Assembly (NCBI RefSeq): GCF_009914755.1
Contig: NC_060930.1
Strand: one strand, 5' to 3'
Origin: the human T2T-CHM13v2.0 reference genome, Homo sapiens
Length of the DNA stretch: 64,000 nt
Shown: positions 30,959-46,485 of the stretch, in pieces
How the letters are laid out: each line of letters begins with the position of its first letter
Numbering within the stretch: the stretch's first letter is position 1
Position numbers and translations under genes: made by a program
Notes under the pieces: model-generated
Seen by the model: only the letters and a program-made list of their open reading frames with translations
What the model was told of the DNA's origin: nothing
The model's database searches: none

Positions 30959-31045
30959 TACATTCTCTCTCTTCTTAGCTAATTTTCAGTTGTGAGTAGA
31001 CCATTAGCATCATTTGGGTGAGGATTTGTTTATCCTAATGTTTTA

Positions 31046-31339
31046 TTTCATTTTTCTGAGATGGAATCTCACTCTGTTGAGCAGGCTGGAGTACAGTGGC
31101 GCAATCTCGGCTCACTGTAAGCTCTGCCTCCCGGGTTGAAGTGATTCTCCTGCCTCAGCCTCCTGAGTAGCTGGGATTACAGGCACTCACCACCATGCCT
31201 GGCTAGTTTTTGTATTTTTAGTAGAGACGGGGTTTTGCCATGTTGGCCAGGCTGGTCTTGAACTCCTGACCTCAGGTGATCCACTTGCCTTGGCCTCCCA
31301 AAGTGCTGGGATGACAGGTGTGAACCACTGCGTCCGGCC
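31046..31339 (-). mobile_element. AluSx-like with a perfect 15-bp TSD
   Basis: tatcctaatgtttta at 31031-31045 and 31340-31354. Confidence 0.96.
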
Positions 31340-32131
31340 TATCCTAATGTTTTAAAATACCCTAATGATTCGAACCACCTAAGGTGATCAACCTATGTTC
31401 AAATGTTTCCATATTTGGGTATGTCTAGAAACCCTATCTGGAGACAGAGATGTCTGTGTGAAGTTACACACTCGTGCTCACACACACCTTGGTGATAATT
31501 GTAGCTCAGTATGTTTTGCTGCTTCTGTGGGAAATGAGAGTTTCTTTGCGTGGAGTCACATCTCTTGCACCCATGGCCAGGGCCCAGGGCGTTGCACGCA
31601 CTCCCAACCCGCACACAGGGCAGGTCCTGGCTGAGGCCTTGGACCGCAGGCTCCACCCCTCCACAACAGCCAGCCCGGGAGAAGCCCTTCTTTCAATTTC
31701 CCCTCTAACTCTCTGGGGATGTCTCCCACTAACACTTCTCCCAACTCTAAGGAGATGCTTCCTGGGCTTCTAGCTGCTGTGTGCCCCGCTGCGGTCAGGG
31801 GCACTGGTGCACCGAGCTGACACGGGAAACCCAACAAGCACTAACAAAATACAGAGCAGGGGAGTGGGGGGCGCAGGGGGGCGAGGGAGCTGAGAGTGGT
31901 GCAGTGAGAGCCCCTGACACATTCATTGTCTACCGAGGTCCTCTTCCCATAAATCTTACTTCTTGTTATTCCATTTGGATTTCAGTTACAACAGAAAACA
32001 GGGATTGTGACAAAAATTTGACCCATCACTGCAGTGCCATAGCAAAAGGCCCTGAATATAGCTGAATTGAGGCATGGCCTGCAGCCCTGGTGAGCCTCAG
32101 CTCTACCTGGTGAGCCTCTACCCTGGGCCTG

Positions 32132-32644
32132 TGATGCAGGACAGATGAGCCCCAAAACTGGGGTTTGGCCCGGCAGGGTTCTTGGCTTCACCCAGGAAAG
32201 AATTCAAGAGTGAGCCGGTGGTGTTAGACAGCAACCACTCCTGCACGGTGCTGCATCTGGCTGAGCAGGGCTGACCGTGGGCAGGCAGTGTGTGGCTCCG
32301 GCACCTGTATTTTTACTCACTTATACCCACTTTTAATTACATGCAAGTTAGGGGCGGGCCAATGCCAATGGAGGGGCAGGTTGTTCAGAACTTTCCAGGA
32401 AAGGGGCAGTAACTTCCAGATCATGGCTGTGGAAAGCAGGGGTGACGTCCAGGTCATTGCCATGGCATTTGTAAACTGTCATGCCACTGGTGGGAGTGTC
32501 TTATGCCAATGAGTAATGACGGCAGCCAGGGATCTCTTTCCTTACCACCTCCTGGTTCCTGTGGTTTCTTCACATCTGGACCAGGTCCTATTTGGGCCAG
32601 CAGGGTTGTGACCAGAAAATAAGCCCTGCCACTGTCCCATCTCA
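32132..32644 (-). mobile_element. MER66C-like ERV1 solo LTR
   Basis: Minus strand tgagatggga...ttttctggtcacaaccctgctg...ataagacactcccaccag...gacagtttacaaatgccatggcaa; TG...CA ends. Confidence 0.8.
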
Positions 32645-32869
32645 GGTGTCCCATCTCACCTCTCCTGGTCACCAGGTGTGCTATCTCATCTCACCTCTCC
32701 TGGTCACCAGGCGTCCCATCTCACCTCACCTCTCCTGGTCATCAGGCGTCCCATCTCACATCACCTCTCCTGGTCACCAGGCGTCCCATCTCACCTCTCC
32801 TCATCACCAGATGTCCCATCTCACCTCTCCTGAACCAGGCTTCCCATCTCACCTCTCCTGGTCACCAGG
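32634..32869 (+). repeat. ~30-35-bp minisatellite gtcccatctcacctctcctggtcaccaggc, about 7 copies
   Basis: Direct reading; unit length varies by an extra pentamer (tcacc or tcaca). Confidence 0.95.
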
Positions 32870-33354
32870 AGCCTGGAGGGCATCATGCCACCTACCAGCC
32901 GCTCTTCTACACTGGGTGTGCAGCCACACTGAGTGGCCAACAAATGGGAAGGCAGGTGACATCACCCATTTTACTCATGGAACCTCGGCTACACAGGCCA
33001 AGAAAATGCCTGCAGGAACGCTGACGTCAAGATGCTAAGGAAGATCCCTGTGTTTCCAGAGCTGGGTGCTTCCCACTACACCGGTCCCTCGTGTGGAGGA
33101 ACAGGAAGTACACTCATGAGTGAGTACTGCGGATCCACCACACGGGACCTGCCTATGGCACGGGCTGTTCAAGATCACAGGCCTCACAGAAAGCAAGCTG
33201 AGGCCCGGCAGGACTTGAAGATGCATTCACTAGGTCCCGAGAGCCCCGCTCCGGAGGCCATACCGCACTCGGCACTCCACATGTCATAAAGTGCAGTTGT
33301 GTTTAATAGATAAAAGTACTATATGTGTATCTATTTCGTGGATGAGGTTTACAC

Positions 33355-33573
33355 CAGGGTGTCCAGTCTTGGCTTCCCTGGGCCACAATGGAGGAGGAAG
33401 AATCGTCTTGGGCCACACATGAAATATACTAACACTAACAACAACTGATGAGTTAAAACAAAACAAAACAAAATCTCAGCATGTTTTAAGGACGTTTATG
33501 AATTTGTGTTGGGCCACATTCAAAGCCGTGCTGGGATGCATGCGGAGCACGGGCCATGGGCTGGACGAGCTCG
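33355..33573 (+). mobile_element. MER30 (hAT-Charlie MITE)
   Basis: cagggtgtcc..ttggcttccctgggccaca...gaatttgtgttgggccacattcaaagccg...tggacgagctcg. Confidence 0.9.
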
Positions 33574-34452
33574 GTGGAGACGAATGTGGAGGATGTGACT
33601 CTGGAGATGACCAAGCAAGAGGAGGGAAGGTCTTCCTGGACCCGCCCCGAGGCATTCGCAGGGTTGGAACCCCTCAGCCCCGTGCAGCTGAGGGCCTGGA
33701 GCCGAGAAGTTTCCATTCGACGGTAACCACAACGGGGAGTGTTCGTCTCCCGGACGTTATGAAGCACTTTTATGTGAGCCTCCAAGTCTGCCTCCAGTGT
33801 CAGACCCTTTCTGGCGTGGGGGCTCTCCTACTTCCACTAACATCTGTTGATAGGCTGGGTGAAACCAGCAGCCTTTCATTTTCAACAAAATGCACCTCAG
33901 CCTATTTTTGAAAGGTTCTGGCAAGTATTTTCTGCATAAAATTTCTTTTTCCTTCACCACTGCATTTGCTGAGAATATCAAGCCATGTGTATTTGATTAA
34001 GTTACGATTAACATTTTGAAGAAGCTCTTTATAAGAACTGATTAATGAGGAGAAATCCTTGGAAATTTTTTTCTTTGAACCAAATCTTCCCATTTGGTCA
34101 AATGAAATGAAACTTGAAATCAGTTTCTTAAATTTGATTATACAATTAGCACTGTATATTTGACTAAATGCAAAAAGATTTAAAATTCAATAAGCAACAT
34201 AAATTATACATAGTAAATTATTCTACATTTTCAAATTTTTTATTTTAAAATAACAAACTCCACTATTATGACTTATGAAATGAAATTTATTTAAGTCAGT
34301 AACTGTGACTGTACATCTCACAAAAATTAAATTACTTCTAAATTCAGCAATAAATTTTAAGTACACAATTATAGTCTCAGACTATAAATTGAAATCTCTC
34401 AAAGTACAAAGTATGAATAGAATAACCAAAAATTGATGATTTGAAGGAGTCA

Positions 34453-34843
<391 letters not shown>

Positions 34844-35019
34844 GATTATACCTGAATAGATCTGGGATAAGACTTGGTGGGCCCGGGAGTGCCTGCACAC
34901 TCTTCATGCCTGGATGTCTTTTCTGGGCCCTGAACAAGCATTTCTATCCCTCAATTACATCCCTCAATTTCCACTTTCTCCTCAATTTCCTGTCATAACC
35001 TCAAAATTAACATGTTTAG

Positions 35020-35355
<336 letters not shown>

Positions 35356-35370
35356 CAATATTTCCCTCAT

Positions 35371-35495
35371 TCTTAAACAAAATTCTTGCCTTATTTCTCT
35401 GCTGATAAACTGTAAATTCACTTAAACAAGATTGTTCTCTTAATCTTAAACAAGATTCTCCCCTTGATTTCTCTGTTGATAAACTGTAAATTCGC
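35371..35495 (+). repeat. Imperfect ~52-bp direct duplication
   Basis: tcttaaacaaRattct...atttctctgYtgataaactgtaaattc occurs twice. Confidence 0.85.
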
Positions 35496-35724
35496 TGCTA
35501 GCTATTTGTATTGCCACACATTCATCCAGTTGAAGTGCACAGCTTAGCGCATGTTTTCTTTTTGTCTTTACTCACATGTCCTCATCTCGGTGATTTCTCT
35601 ATGACCAGTTATTTAAATCTTCAGTATCTTTTCTCGATGGTTTGTATGTCCTATCTCTTCTTTACCATTTCCCTTGATGCTTGTCGTTAACAAATCTGCC
35701 CCTGTTCTCCGGTTTTTAATCCAG

Positions 35725-35828
35725 CATCCCTCAATGAGATCAACGTTTTTGTCTGTGTTGCTCACTGCACCCTCAGAACACAGAACAGTGGCTGGCACAT
35801 AATAAACACTCAACAAACATTGATTAAC
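35725..35828 (+). mobile_element. L2 3' end remnant
   Basis: gtctgtgttgctcactgc...agaacagtggctggcacataataaacactcaacaaacat. Confidence 0.7.
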
Positions 35829-36105
35829 TGGAAACCTGGGAGTGATTATAGCAATGGGTCCTGCACAGGACCGACTGGATTTGGGGGTTGGAAAGTAAGT
35901 GCTGAACCTGTCAGGAGTAGTCTCAGTGAAATAGTGTGGTTAAGACGAAAGGAAGGAGGGGGAGGAGAGAATCAGTGGATGCTGAAAACCTACGCAAACT
36001 TCCTATGGTATGGAGGAGAGTGGTGTGTTGAGTGGTAACTAAGAAGAGAGGTAAGATCAGGGGAGGTGTTCTTATGGATGGATGCGCTTGAACACGCTTA
36101 GTGTC

Positions 36106-36555
36106 TGTATTAGTCAGGGTTCTCTAGAGGGACAGAACTAATAGGGTAGATGTATACAGAAAGGGGTGATTATTAAGAGAACTGACACATACAATCACAA
36201 GGTGAGGCCCCACAGTAGGCCATCTGCAAGCTGAGGAGCAAGGGAGCCAGTTTGGGCCCCAAAGCTGAAGAACTTGGAGTCCGATGTTTGAGGGCAGGAA
36301 GCATCCAGCGCGGGAGAAAGACGCAGGGTCAGAGGCTCAGCCAGTCTAGTTTGTTCACGTTCTTCTGCCTGCTTTAATTCTGACCATGCTGGCAGCTGAT
36401 CAGATGGTGCCCACCCAGATTGAGGGTGGGTCTGCCTCTCTCAGCCCACTGCTCAAATGTGAATCTCCTTTGGCGACACGCTCAAAGACACACCCGGGAA
36501 CAGTACTTTGCATCCTTCAATCCAATCCAGTTGACACTCAGTGTTAACCATCACA
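36106..36555 (-). mobile_element. MLT2A1-like ERVL solo LTR
   Basis: tgtattagtcagggttctctagagggacagaactaatagg...ttgacactcagtgttaaccatcaca; degenerate TSD gtgtc/gtgct. Confidence 0.9.
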
Positions 36556-38793
36556 GTGCTGACGAGAAGTTGTTAGAAATGAAGAGGTTGAGAGGAGAAA
36601 GACAGATCACAACTGAATGAACCAAAGGTCTGAGGCGAAAGGAAGGGAGCTCGGGAGGCACAGGGTGGGATCAACCTAAAGGAAGGAGGGAAGACCAAAA
36701 AAAAAAAAATCTAAGTAACTTTTTAGGCTTTAATATAAAATGTAAAAGAAATTTGCATGTGGCTTCTGTGTTTTTTCTGTTTCCCGAGGCAGGGAACCCT
36801 GTGGTGGTGTGAGGATGCTGGAGGATATTTGAAATAACTATTACGTAAAATGGCAGGGAGGAAAGCGATGACTCAGGCGGTTTCATAGCACAGTGGGCAC
36901 GGCGGAGCGTCCGGGCGAGGCTGCTGACTCTCGATGGCAATACCAATCTCAAATTGGCACTGAGATGTAAAGCTGCTGCCGCGTTCACTTTTAGTTCTCT
37001 TATTCATTATGTTTGCCCGGTTTTGTGGGTGTGGTGTCATTGCTGTGCTGCTCCTATCTGCACTGACTGCTCCTAGAACTGGGGAGACACAAAGAATGTC
37101 GGGGTGCTGTGGTTGAAAAACCCCGGCTCAGGGGGTGTTGATGTGGTTGCATCAGCTCCCATGAATGACTCCATGGGCTAAAATTGAAGATTAAGCAAAT
37201 CAGGCTTGAAAAAAGGGCCATTTCAGCTCCTGGCTTGGGAGGATAAGCAGAGTAAGTGGGAAAAGGACCATGGTTTGGGATTTTTTTCAGGGGAACGAAA
37301 GAAGGGAAGATATGTTGTTTCAGTGCCGTTTTGACTCATCTGTAGGAATAAGTAACTTCAGTGGAAGGAGCCACCCCCTGCATTTTACAGGGTGGTTGTA
37401 AACCTCAGGCGTATATGAAAGCGGCCCTGGGTTTTTGAGTTACCCTCGGGCTGTGTTTCCAGTGCTGCCCCGGTGCCTCTGCGGTGGAGGAGCTAGATGC
37501 GATTCCACACGGCGAAGGGAGCAGAGGGGTTCCCTGGCTGTGGAGCTCCTGCAGCGGAAGCCAGAGTGTCCATCACCGTCTTCTCTTCACCCACAGCGAG
37601 AAAGGAGCATGGCGAATGGGCCGGTATCTGCCCCGATGTCTCACCTTTCCTAGGAATTCAGGCTCCTCACGTATTCCTTGCATATGTAAAGCAGAATGGT
37701 GGGTCTCTCCCACCCTCTTCCTTCAGAATTTATAGGAATGCATTCTGGGCAGGCCTGCCCTCCGAAACCCCAATTTCCTCGCTGTTTGTCTTCATGCCCC
37801 CTCTTTCCTCCCATGCAGGGCCCAGCCATGTGGACAAAGGGGAGGAGCTGGGGCTTTGGGCACAGCCCTGCTGCAGAGCCTGGGCCTGAGCAGCTCTTTG
37901 TGAGCCAGGGTCCTGTCACATCCGTCTTCTGTGCCGTCAAATGGATGCCTGCTGACAGTAAGATATGGGCATCAAAGGGAAATATATAGGAATGATCCCT
38001 AGTGCCTGATTTGATCTGGAAATGCTCAGACCGTCCTAGAGCAGAAAACAAAGTGGTGTCCTCTGCATGGCCCGGCAAGTCACGAAACACGGGGTCTGAG
38101 GCTACTGTGATCTCTTACCCAGCCCATCCAAAGTAAAGCAGAGTTTTGCTTGATTTTCCCTCTGGGTTTGTTCCAACTCCTTCTGAGACCCCATGGGGAA
38201 AACAGGAGGCTCGGTTAAATGAGGATTCGGAAACTCAAGGGTCTGCTGGAACGCTGAATTGTAACATCATCTTCACGCTACCCCAATCCGCATGGCTAAC
38301 ATTTTTATAGGAAATGTGTCCCCAAAGTGAACCCTACAGCTTTCAAAGACAGCATTGTAAAAGCATTTATAAAAGCTTCAGGGCTGGAAATGGGGGGGAA
38401 ATAGAGTAATAACAAATATAGAAAAACCCAATCATAAAGGTAAAGGCAGGATTTGACTGACACTCCCCTGAAGGGGGGGCAGGGGTTGCCCTGGCTGTCC
38501 ATCTTTCTAACTCCAAGTACATTCAGCAAACAGGACACAGGGCCACCTCTGCCTTCTGGACGAACCTCTGCTTTCCTGGCTATGACACCACTGTGCACCT
38601 GCTGATGTGTGCACACAAATGAGGCAGGCTTGGGGTGAGAGATGCCCAGGCAGGAGATCAAGCTGAAGGGACTCTGCTCCCAGATCACCTTGAACCTGAG
38701 ATGTACTGCAGGTGCGATCTGTTCATACTAACAGCAACAGCTAACATGTCAGCACCTCACGTCCCATGCCAGACACTCTCAGGATGGTGCGAA

Positions 38794-39165
38794 CAGCTCA
38801 CCCTTGAGCAAGGCAGGGTTAGGGGTGCCAACCCCTCTTATAGTCAAAACTCATGCATAACCTTGACTCCCCCAAAACTTACTACTCATGGCCTGTTGAC
38901 CCGAAATCTCAACAATAGCATAGTCAATTAACACATATTTTATCTGTGTTTATATGTTTATATTCTGTATGTGTGTTATATGCTGTATTCTTAAAGTAAC
39001 TAGAGAAAAGAAAATGTGATTAAGAAAACTGTAAGGAAGAGAAGATGTATTTGCTATTCATTAAGTGGGGATGGATCATCATACAGGTCTCCATCCTCAT
39101 GGTCTTCACATGGGGCATGCAGAGGAGGAGGGGGGCTGGATTTGCTGTCTCAGAGGTGGCAGCAA
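38794..39165. mobile_element. Tigger2-family DNA transposon fragment
   Basis: cagctcacccttgagcaa...ggttaggggtgccaacccc...ttgactcccccaaaactt...agagaaaagaaaatgtgattaagaaaa. Confidence 0.8.
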
Positions 39166-39169
39166 TTAG

Positions 39170-40562
<1,393 letters not shown>

Positions 40563-40631
40563 TGTAAATTAAAAAATCCTAAGGCCCCACCAACGATCTG
40601 AATGGACTTCCTTCTCGGCCAGGGCACTCTT

Positions 40632-40939
<308 letters not shown>

Positions 40940-41005
40940 TAACCTGAAAGGCTGATTCAGGGAAGTGGGGGTCGGACAGCCCTCACTGTACTTCTCTGGC
41001 GTTAA

Positions 41006-41659
41006 CGCTGCCGTCTTGCCAATGCACCACAACGTTTCAGTCTTGTTGTCTGAGGTAGTACCCAGAGTTCTTTGTCTCCTGACCAAGAAAATTAAGGAGC
41101 GTGGACACAAGGGTGATGTTGGAGAGAAATTTCAATAAGTGAATGAAGAAAGTTCTCCACAGCAGAGAGGGGGCCTGAAAGAGGATTGCTCTTTTTACAG
41201 ATTAATCCAAAAGCATTTGTAAGAAAAAGCTTCCCTCATCTCTGTAGCTGTTTGTGTAACTTCCCTTGTCCGTGCAGTGGTTGTCCATGTAACTCTCTTT
41301 ATCCGTGCAGCTGCGGGTGTGTCTTAGGTAAGCACAAAGTGCAGCTTCTCTTGTTTGTGGAACTGCAGGTATGTTTTAGGTAAGCCCTCCTCCCTGTGCA
41401 AGTTCCCATGGACCCCACCATGCACATGCCTGAAAAGGGGAGGAAACTTTCCCAGGAGCCTGTGTATTACCCAAACAACAAAGGCTTCTATGCTGGGCCT
41501 TGCTCCATTATCTGTGCAGCTGCAGCCCAAGTTCTCCCCATGCTGCTCTCTCTGTGCCTGTAGCCGTGCTTTTTCAGCCTGCCTTTCTGTTTGAAAGAAT
41601 TTTACCAAAGACCAGATTTAGCTGTCTGCTCAATTAATTTTTCCTTTTCTCCTCCCTCA
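41006..41659 (-). mobile_element. MER50-like solo LTR inside MER4B
   Basis: Minus start tgagggaggagaaaaggaaaaa...aattctttcaaacag; TSD TTAA(C) at 41002 and 41660. Confidence 0.8.
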
Positions 41660-43352
41660 TTAACATCAACACAGATAAAACACATTTTACAACCTATTCT
41701 CTCTGAAGCCTCCCACCCGAAGTCTTCCTTTGCAAATAAGAACTTTGGTTTCCACAATCCTTTATCTTCACCCAGACATTCCTTTCTATTGAACCTAGGT
41801 CTTTAGATAAACTCAACCAATTGTTAACCAGAACATTTTCAAATCTACCTATAAGCTAGAAGCCCCCCTTTAAGTTGTCCCACCTTTCTGGACCAAACCA
41901 ACGTATTTGAAATCTTGTGTCTCCCTAAAATGTATAAAACCAAGCTGTACCCCAACCACCTTGGGCACATGTTCTCAGGACCTCCTGAGGGTCATGGGTC
42001 ATGGTCACTCATATTTGGCCCAGAATAAATCTCTTCAAATATTTCACAGAGTTTGACTCTTCCTTGACAGAGGAGTTAAAATGAAATCTTAAAAAAAAAA
42101 AAAATCTTAATCCAAAGTAAGACAAAAAAAAGGAAGCAAGAATAAAAGAACAGAAGATATGGTAGCAGATGTTACCAAGACAGTAGACAGAGGAGAGGAA
42201 TGTGAGGATGGTGAAGGAAGAACGGTGCAGCAGGAGAAAGGTGGCTGCCAAGGAGAAGAGTTTGTAGTAAGAACCATGGACACACAAAAAACATCAAAGT
42301 TTGCATTTTTCTTTGTTAGCAAGATAGAGAGGTGCAAAAACCATCCCTGATGCCCACCATCCTTCCTAGACATCCCCCAAGTGGTGCAGCATTCTCAGTT
42401 ATTAACCCACCAGTTATTTGAAGAAATTGCTCAGATCTCAATGGAAGAATTTCCAGTTAAGGAACAAGAGGAGCAAGACGTTATTTTTAGTAATCATTGG
42501 TTTTCAGTTGGCTCAACTGCACCAAGTTCCTGTGAGATGTAATCTCTTAGGTCATGAATTGAAACACTGTTTGCAAGCAAGTGAAGCGCATGGTCTCAGT
42601 TCCCTCATTGAATATAAAAATTCTCAGGCAAGCCATTTGACGTAAAAATAATGACTATTCCAAAAGGCTATTCTTATAAGCTCTAAGACATTTATGACTA
42701 AGCTATGTGTGAAAAGATTTCAACTTAAGCACAGAGTAAGTGGAATGTGCTATTTCTATCAAGGTATTTTAAGCTGTAGTCATGTTTGACTTATTTATTT
42801 TTACATGTTCCATGGCTTTCCAGGGACGCTGCGAGTTCCCCGGGCTGTCTCCTGCATCAATACGCTCAGGATAAAAGTGATTGTGTAGCTTTCCTCAAAC
42901 AAGCAGAAATAAAAATAAAAGTTGTCAAAGGCTTAAAGATAACATGCTACCTTTGGAGGTAACTGCTTCTACACAGCCTGAAGTTCTTTTGGTTCTAAGG
43001 AATTCCTTCCAAACGAGATAAACGAACCCAAAGTTCATGGTGACCCATGTGATTCCCCACTAACTACCTTCACCACGATTGGAACCACTCACACATGTTG
43101 AGTCAAAGTTCGATCCCAGAAAGCGTGAGCATGAGGAGCCCCAAGCAGACAATCTTGCTGTATGTCCTCTCACTGGCAACTTGACGCCATGGAAACAGCA
43201 AGGATTTGGGAATCAGAGATGTGGGTTTCAACCCAGGTCACCTCATGTGTGAAGTTGGGATAATAATGGCCTTAGCAGAAGAATGTGGAAATTAAATGAC
43301 AGCAACCTTCTAGCACAGGCCTGCTCTGGCAGATAGCAGTGAATATTGGTTT

Positions 43353-43921
43353 TGTTGATAAGAGTCAAACTCTGTAAAATATTGGAAGAGATTTATTCTG
43401 AGCCAAAGATGAGTGACTGTGGCCTGTGACACAGCCCCTAGGAGGTCCTGAGAACATGTCCCCAAGGTGGTGGGGCACAGCCTAGTTTTATACATTTTAG
43501 AAAGACATGAGACTTCAACCAAATACATTTTAAAAATGCATTGGTTCAGTTCAGAAGCATGGGATAGGTTATAGGTAGGTTTTAAAATTTTCTGGTTAAC
43601 AATTGGTTGAGTTTACTTAAAGACCTGAGATCAATAGAAAGGAAATGTCTGGATTGCCATAAGAGGTGGGGGAGACCAAAGCGTTTTCCTGCAGACAGGC
43701 CTCCAGGTAGCAGGTGTCCTGGAGAATGGATTCTAAGTGTTTCTCATTAGACTTTAAGGTCTGTGTTGATGTTAATGCTGGAGGGTGTAAGGAGGCCTGC
43801 CTGGCCCCACTTCCCTTCATGGGCTGAACCAGTCTTCCAGGTTACATTTTAGAGCACCCTGGCTCAGGAGGAAGTCCACTGAGATGATTGAGGGACCTTC
43901 AAGTTTTATTTTTGGTTTACA
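43353..43921 (-). mobile_element. MER4B-like solo LTR
   Basis: Reverse-complement match to 41660-42069; TSD GTTT on both sides. Confidence 0.88.
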
Positions 43922-45234
43922 GTTTCTTTCTTCTTTCTTCAGCGACTTTGACCATATTTGGACTTACTGAAACTATTCTGAAACATGGATTCTCTCTTGA
44001 ACCCCAGAGATGTTTTATTAATTTTCTGCTGTGAAAACCAGTTTTCTTAGTGGCTGAGTTCCCAATTCCTAACCACCACAATACCCATGATCCATATTCT
44101 GTAACCAGAACTAGACTTCCCAAACGCCCAATGACCACGTAGTTATTCAAAGCTTTATTCTTACCTGCAAGCAGAAATTTGAAGATAAAAAAAAAACTTT
44201 CAGGTTATCACCCTTTTTTCAGTCATGTAGGATTTTAGGGTTTGGGTAGAGGTCGTCCTCAAAATGTTATTAAAGACAATAAACACACCTTGTGTTTTCC
44301 TTCCTTTTTTTTTCAGTTCTCTGGAATTCAATTTGTTGTTTTGTAAAAATATCTGCTGGAGGCAATTCAAGATGCCTTTTAACTGATAAAGAGGGGACTT
44401 TCAAATGCAGATCTTAAAGTCCTGAGTAAATATACAAGACAATAAACTATTATTTGATATTTTTCTCTTCCTTGTTTAGCATAGTTATTTAGGCTTTTCT
44501 GGTAAAAATAAATGGATATTTTTGGTAACTAATATGTACTTTCCATGCTGGATATAGTATAGCCCTTAAATGAATGTTTTAGCCAGCTTTCATTTTGGGT
44601 GTAGATGGTAATCAGTCTTTCTGACAGCAAAACAGAAAGAAAACAATAAAATCAGATTCAAGTGACACATTTCCAAAACAATAAATTTCCCTGGTTATTG
44701 CTACAGAATCTGATAAATTTGGTGAGTTAAAACAGTAATTGGAACAAAAGTTCTGTATCTAAGTTTCACTTCATTTGATATTTATCAAGTTTATAAAGTT
44801 AATTAGTATATATACTCTTCAGCCTATAGCTTCTCTTGGATGAGGTGTAGTTATAATGCCTTCTTCAGTGAGTATTTTATTATAATTAAATGATATGTTG
44901 CCATTTTTGTGGAATAAATCTTTTGAAGGAAATAGATATTAAATCACCTTAAGAAGACTGAGGGGTGAAAATATCACTGTGTAACAATTTTCATGTCTTT
45001 AAGTGATAATACGGGTAAAATGCCACTTATTTTACCCAATCAAAGTATTACTGTTTAATTTACTATAGATCACATTATAAGTAGAAAAAGCAAAGCTAAT
45101 TAGCCTTGGATAATGTCACCTCCATACGTAGAGTGGCATGGAACAAGGATGGCTGGACCGGCATGGGGAGCTGCCGCTATGTCCACGTAATTCCGGCTGG
45201 TGGAAGAAGTTAGAGAGAAGGAGAAAACCCTTAC

Positions 45235-45695
45235 TGTTGGGAACCCTGAAAATCTGAGACAGGTCTCAGTTAATTTAGAAAGTTTATTTTACCCAGGTTG
45301 AGGATGCACACCCATGACACAACCTCAGGAGGTCCCAACAGCATGTGCCCAAGGTGGTCAGGTTGCTTTTACGCATTTTAGGGAGACATGAAACGTCAAT
45401 CAACATATGTAAGATGAATACTGCTTCGGTCCAGAAAAGTGGGACAACTCAAAGCAGAGGCAGAACGAAGCAGGGAGGGGGCTTCCAGTCACGGTGGAAA
45501 AGAGACAAATGGTTGCATTGTTTTGAGTTTCTGAGTAGCCTCTCCAAAGGAGACAATCAGATATGCATTTATCTCAGTGAGCAGAGGGGTAACTTTGAAT
45601 AGAATGGGAGGCAGGTTGGCCCTAAGCAGTTCCCAGCTTAACTTTTCTCTTTAGCTTAGTGATGTGGGGGCCCCAAGATGTATTTTCCTTTAACC
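45235..45695 (-). mobile_element. MER4A1-like solo LTR
   Basis: Minus start aaaggaaaatacatcttggggcccc...cactaagctaaag...ctgggaactgcttagggcc. Confidence 0.85.
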
Positions 45696-45890
45696 CTGTG
45701 GATACCACAGGACCCCAGTGTCACCAACAGTTTTGCTTCCTCATGGTACCTTGTTGTACCTACCATCATCTTCCCCCTAAGCCAGGTGTGTTTCTATTTT
45801 TTAAAGTAACTATTGAAGTCTAATTCACGAATAAGAAAATATACTTCGTTTATACTTCAGCGAATTCTGGCCAATATAAACTGGTACAGT

Positions 45891-46485
45891 TGTGACCAGA
45901 TGGAGGGTCCTGATGATGAGTCGTCTAGGTTCTTGGCACATTGAACAAAGACTTGAACAGCACACATGAACAACGAAAGCATAGATTTACTAAAGCAAAA
46001 GACAACAGAAGCATAGACTTAAAAAGGCCAAAGTACACTCCACAGGATCGGGGGTGCTCAAGCAAGGGCACAAGAGCTCTGGTTACAAAATTCTCTGGGG
46101 TTTAAGTGCCCTCTAGAGGTTTTCCATTGGGTAAACTTTATGTAAATGAGGGATTGAAGTGAAGGTTTGGCTCATGGCCAATCAGAGGCTGAAATAGATT
46201 GGAGCCTTATGCAAATGAAGGATTAGCCCACTCTTGGCCTGTGGCCAATCAGAGGTCAAAGTGAATTGGTACATTATGCAAATGAAGGATTGACCCATGC
46301 TTGACCTGTGGCCAATCAGAGGCACTTTCCATTTTTCAGCAGAAGGGGTTGATATAGAGGGAGTAGCCTCTGATCCTTTGTCATTTGGGCATGAAGAGGC
46401 GGGGTTTTCCTTTTGATCCAGTTCTAAGAAGTCAGTGCAAATCGGCCTCAGGTTCCCAGCCTCCAGACCCTATTCTTCTGCCTCA
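45891..46485 (-). mobile_element. MER51-like solo LTR
   Basis: Minus start tgaggcagaagaatagggtctggaggctgggaacctgaggccgatt; repeated ccaatcagagg; TSD cagt/tagt. Confidence 0.85.
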
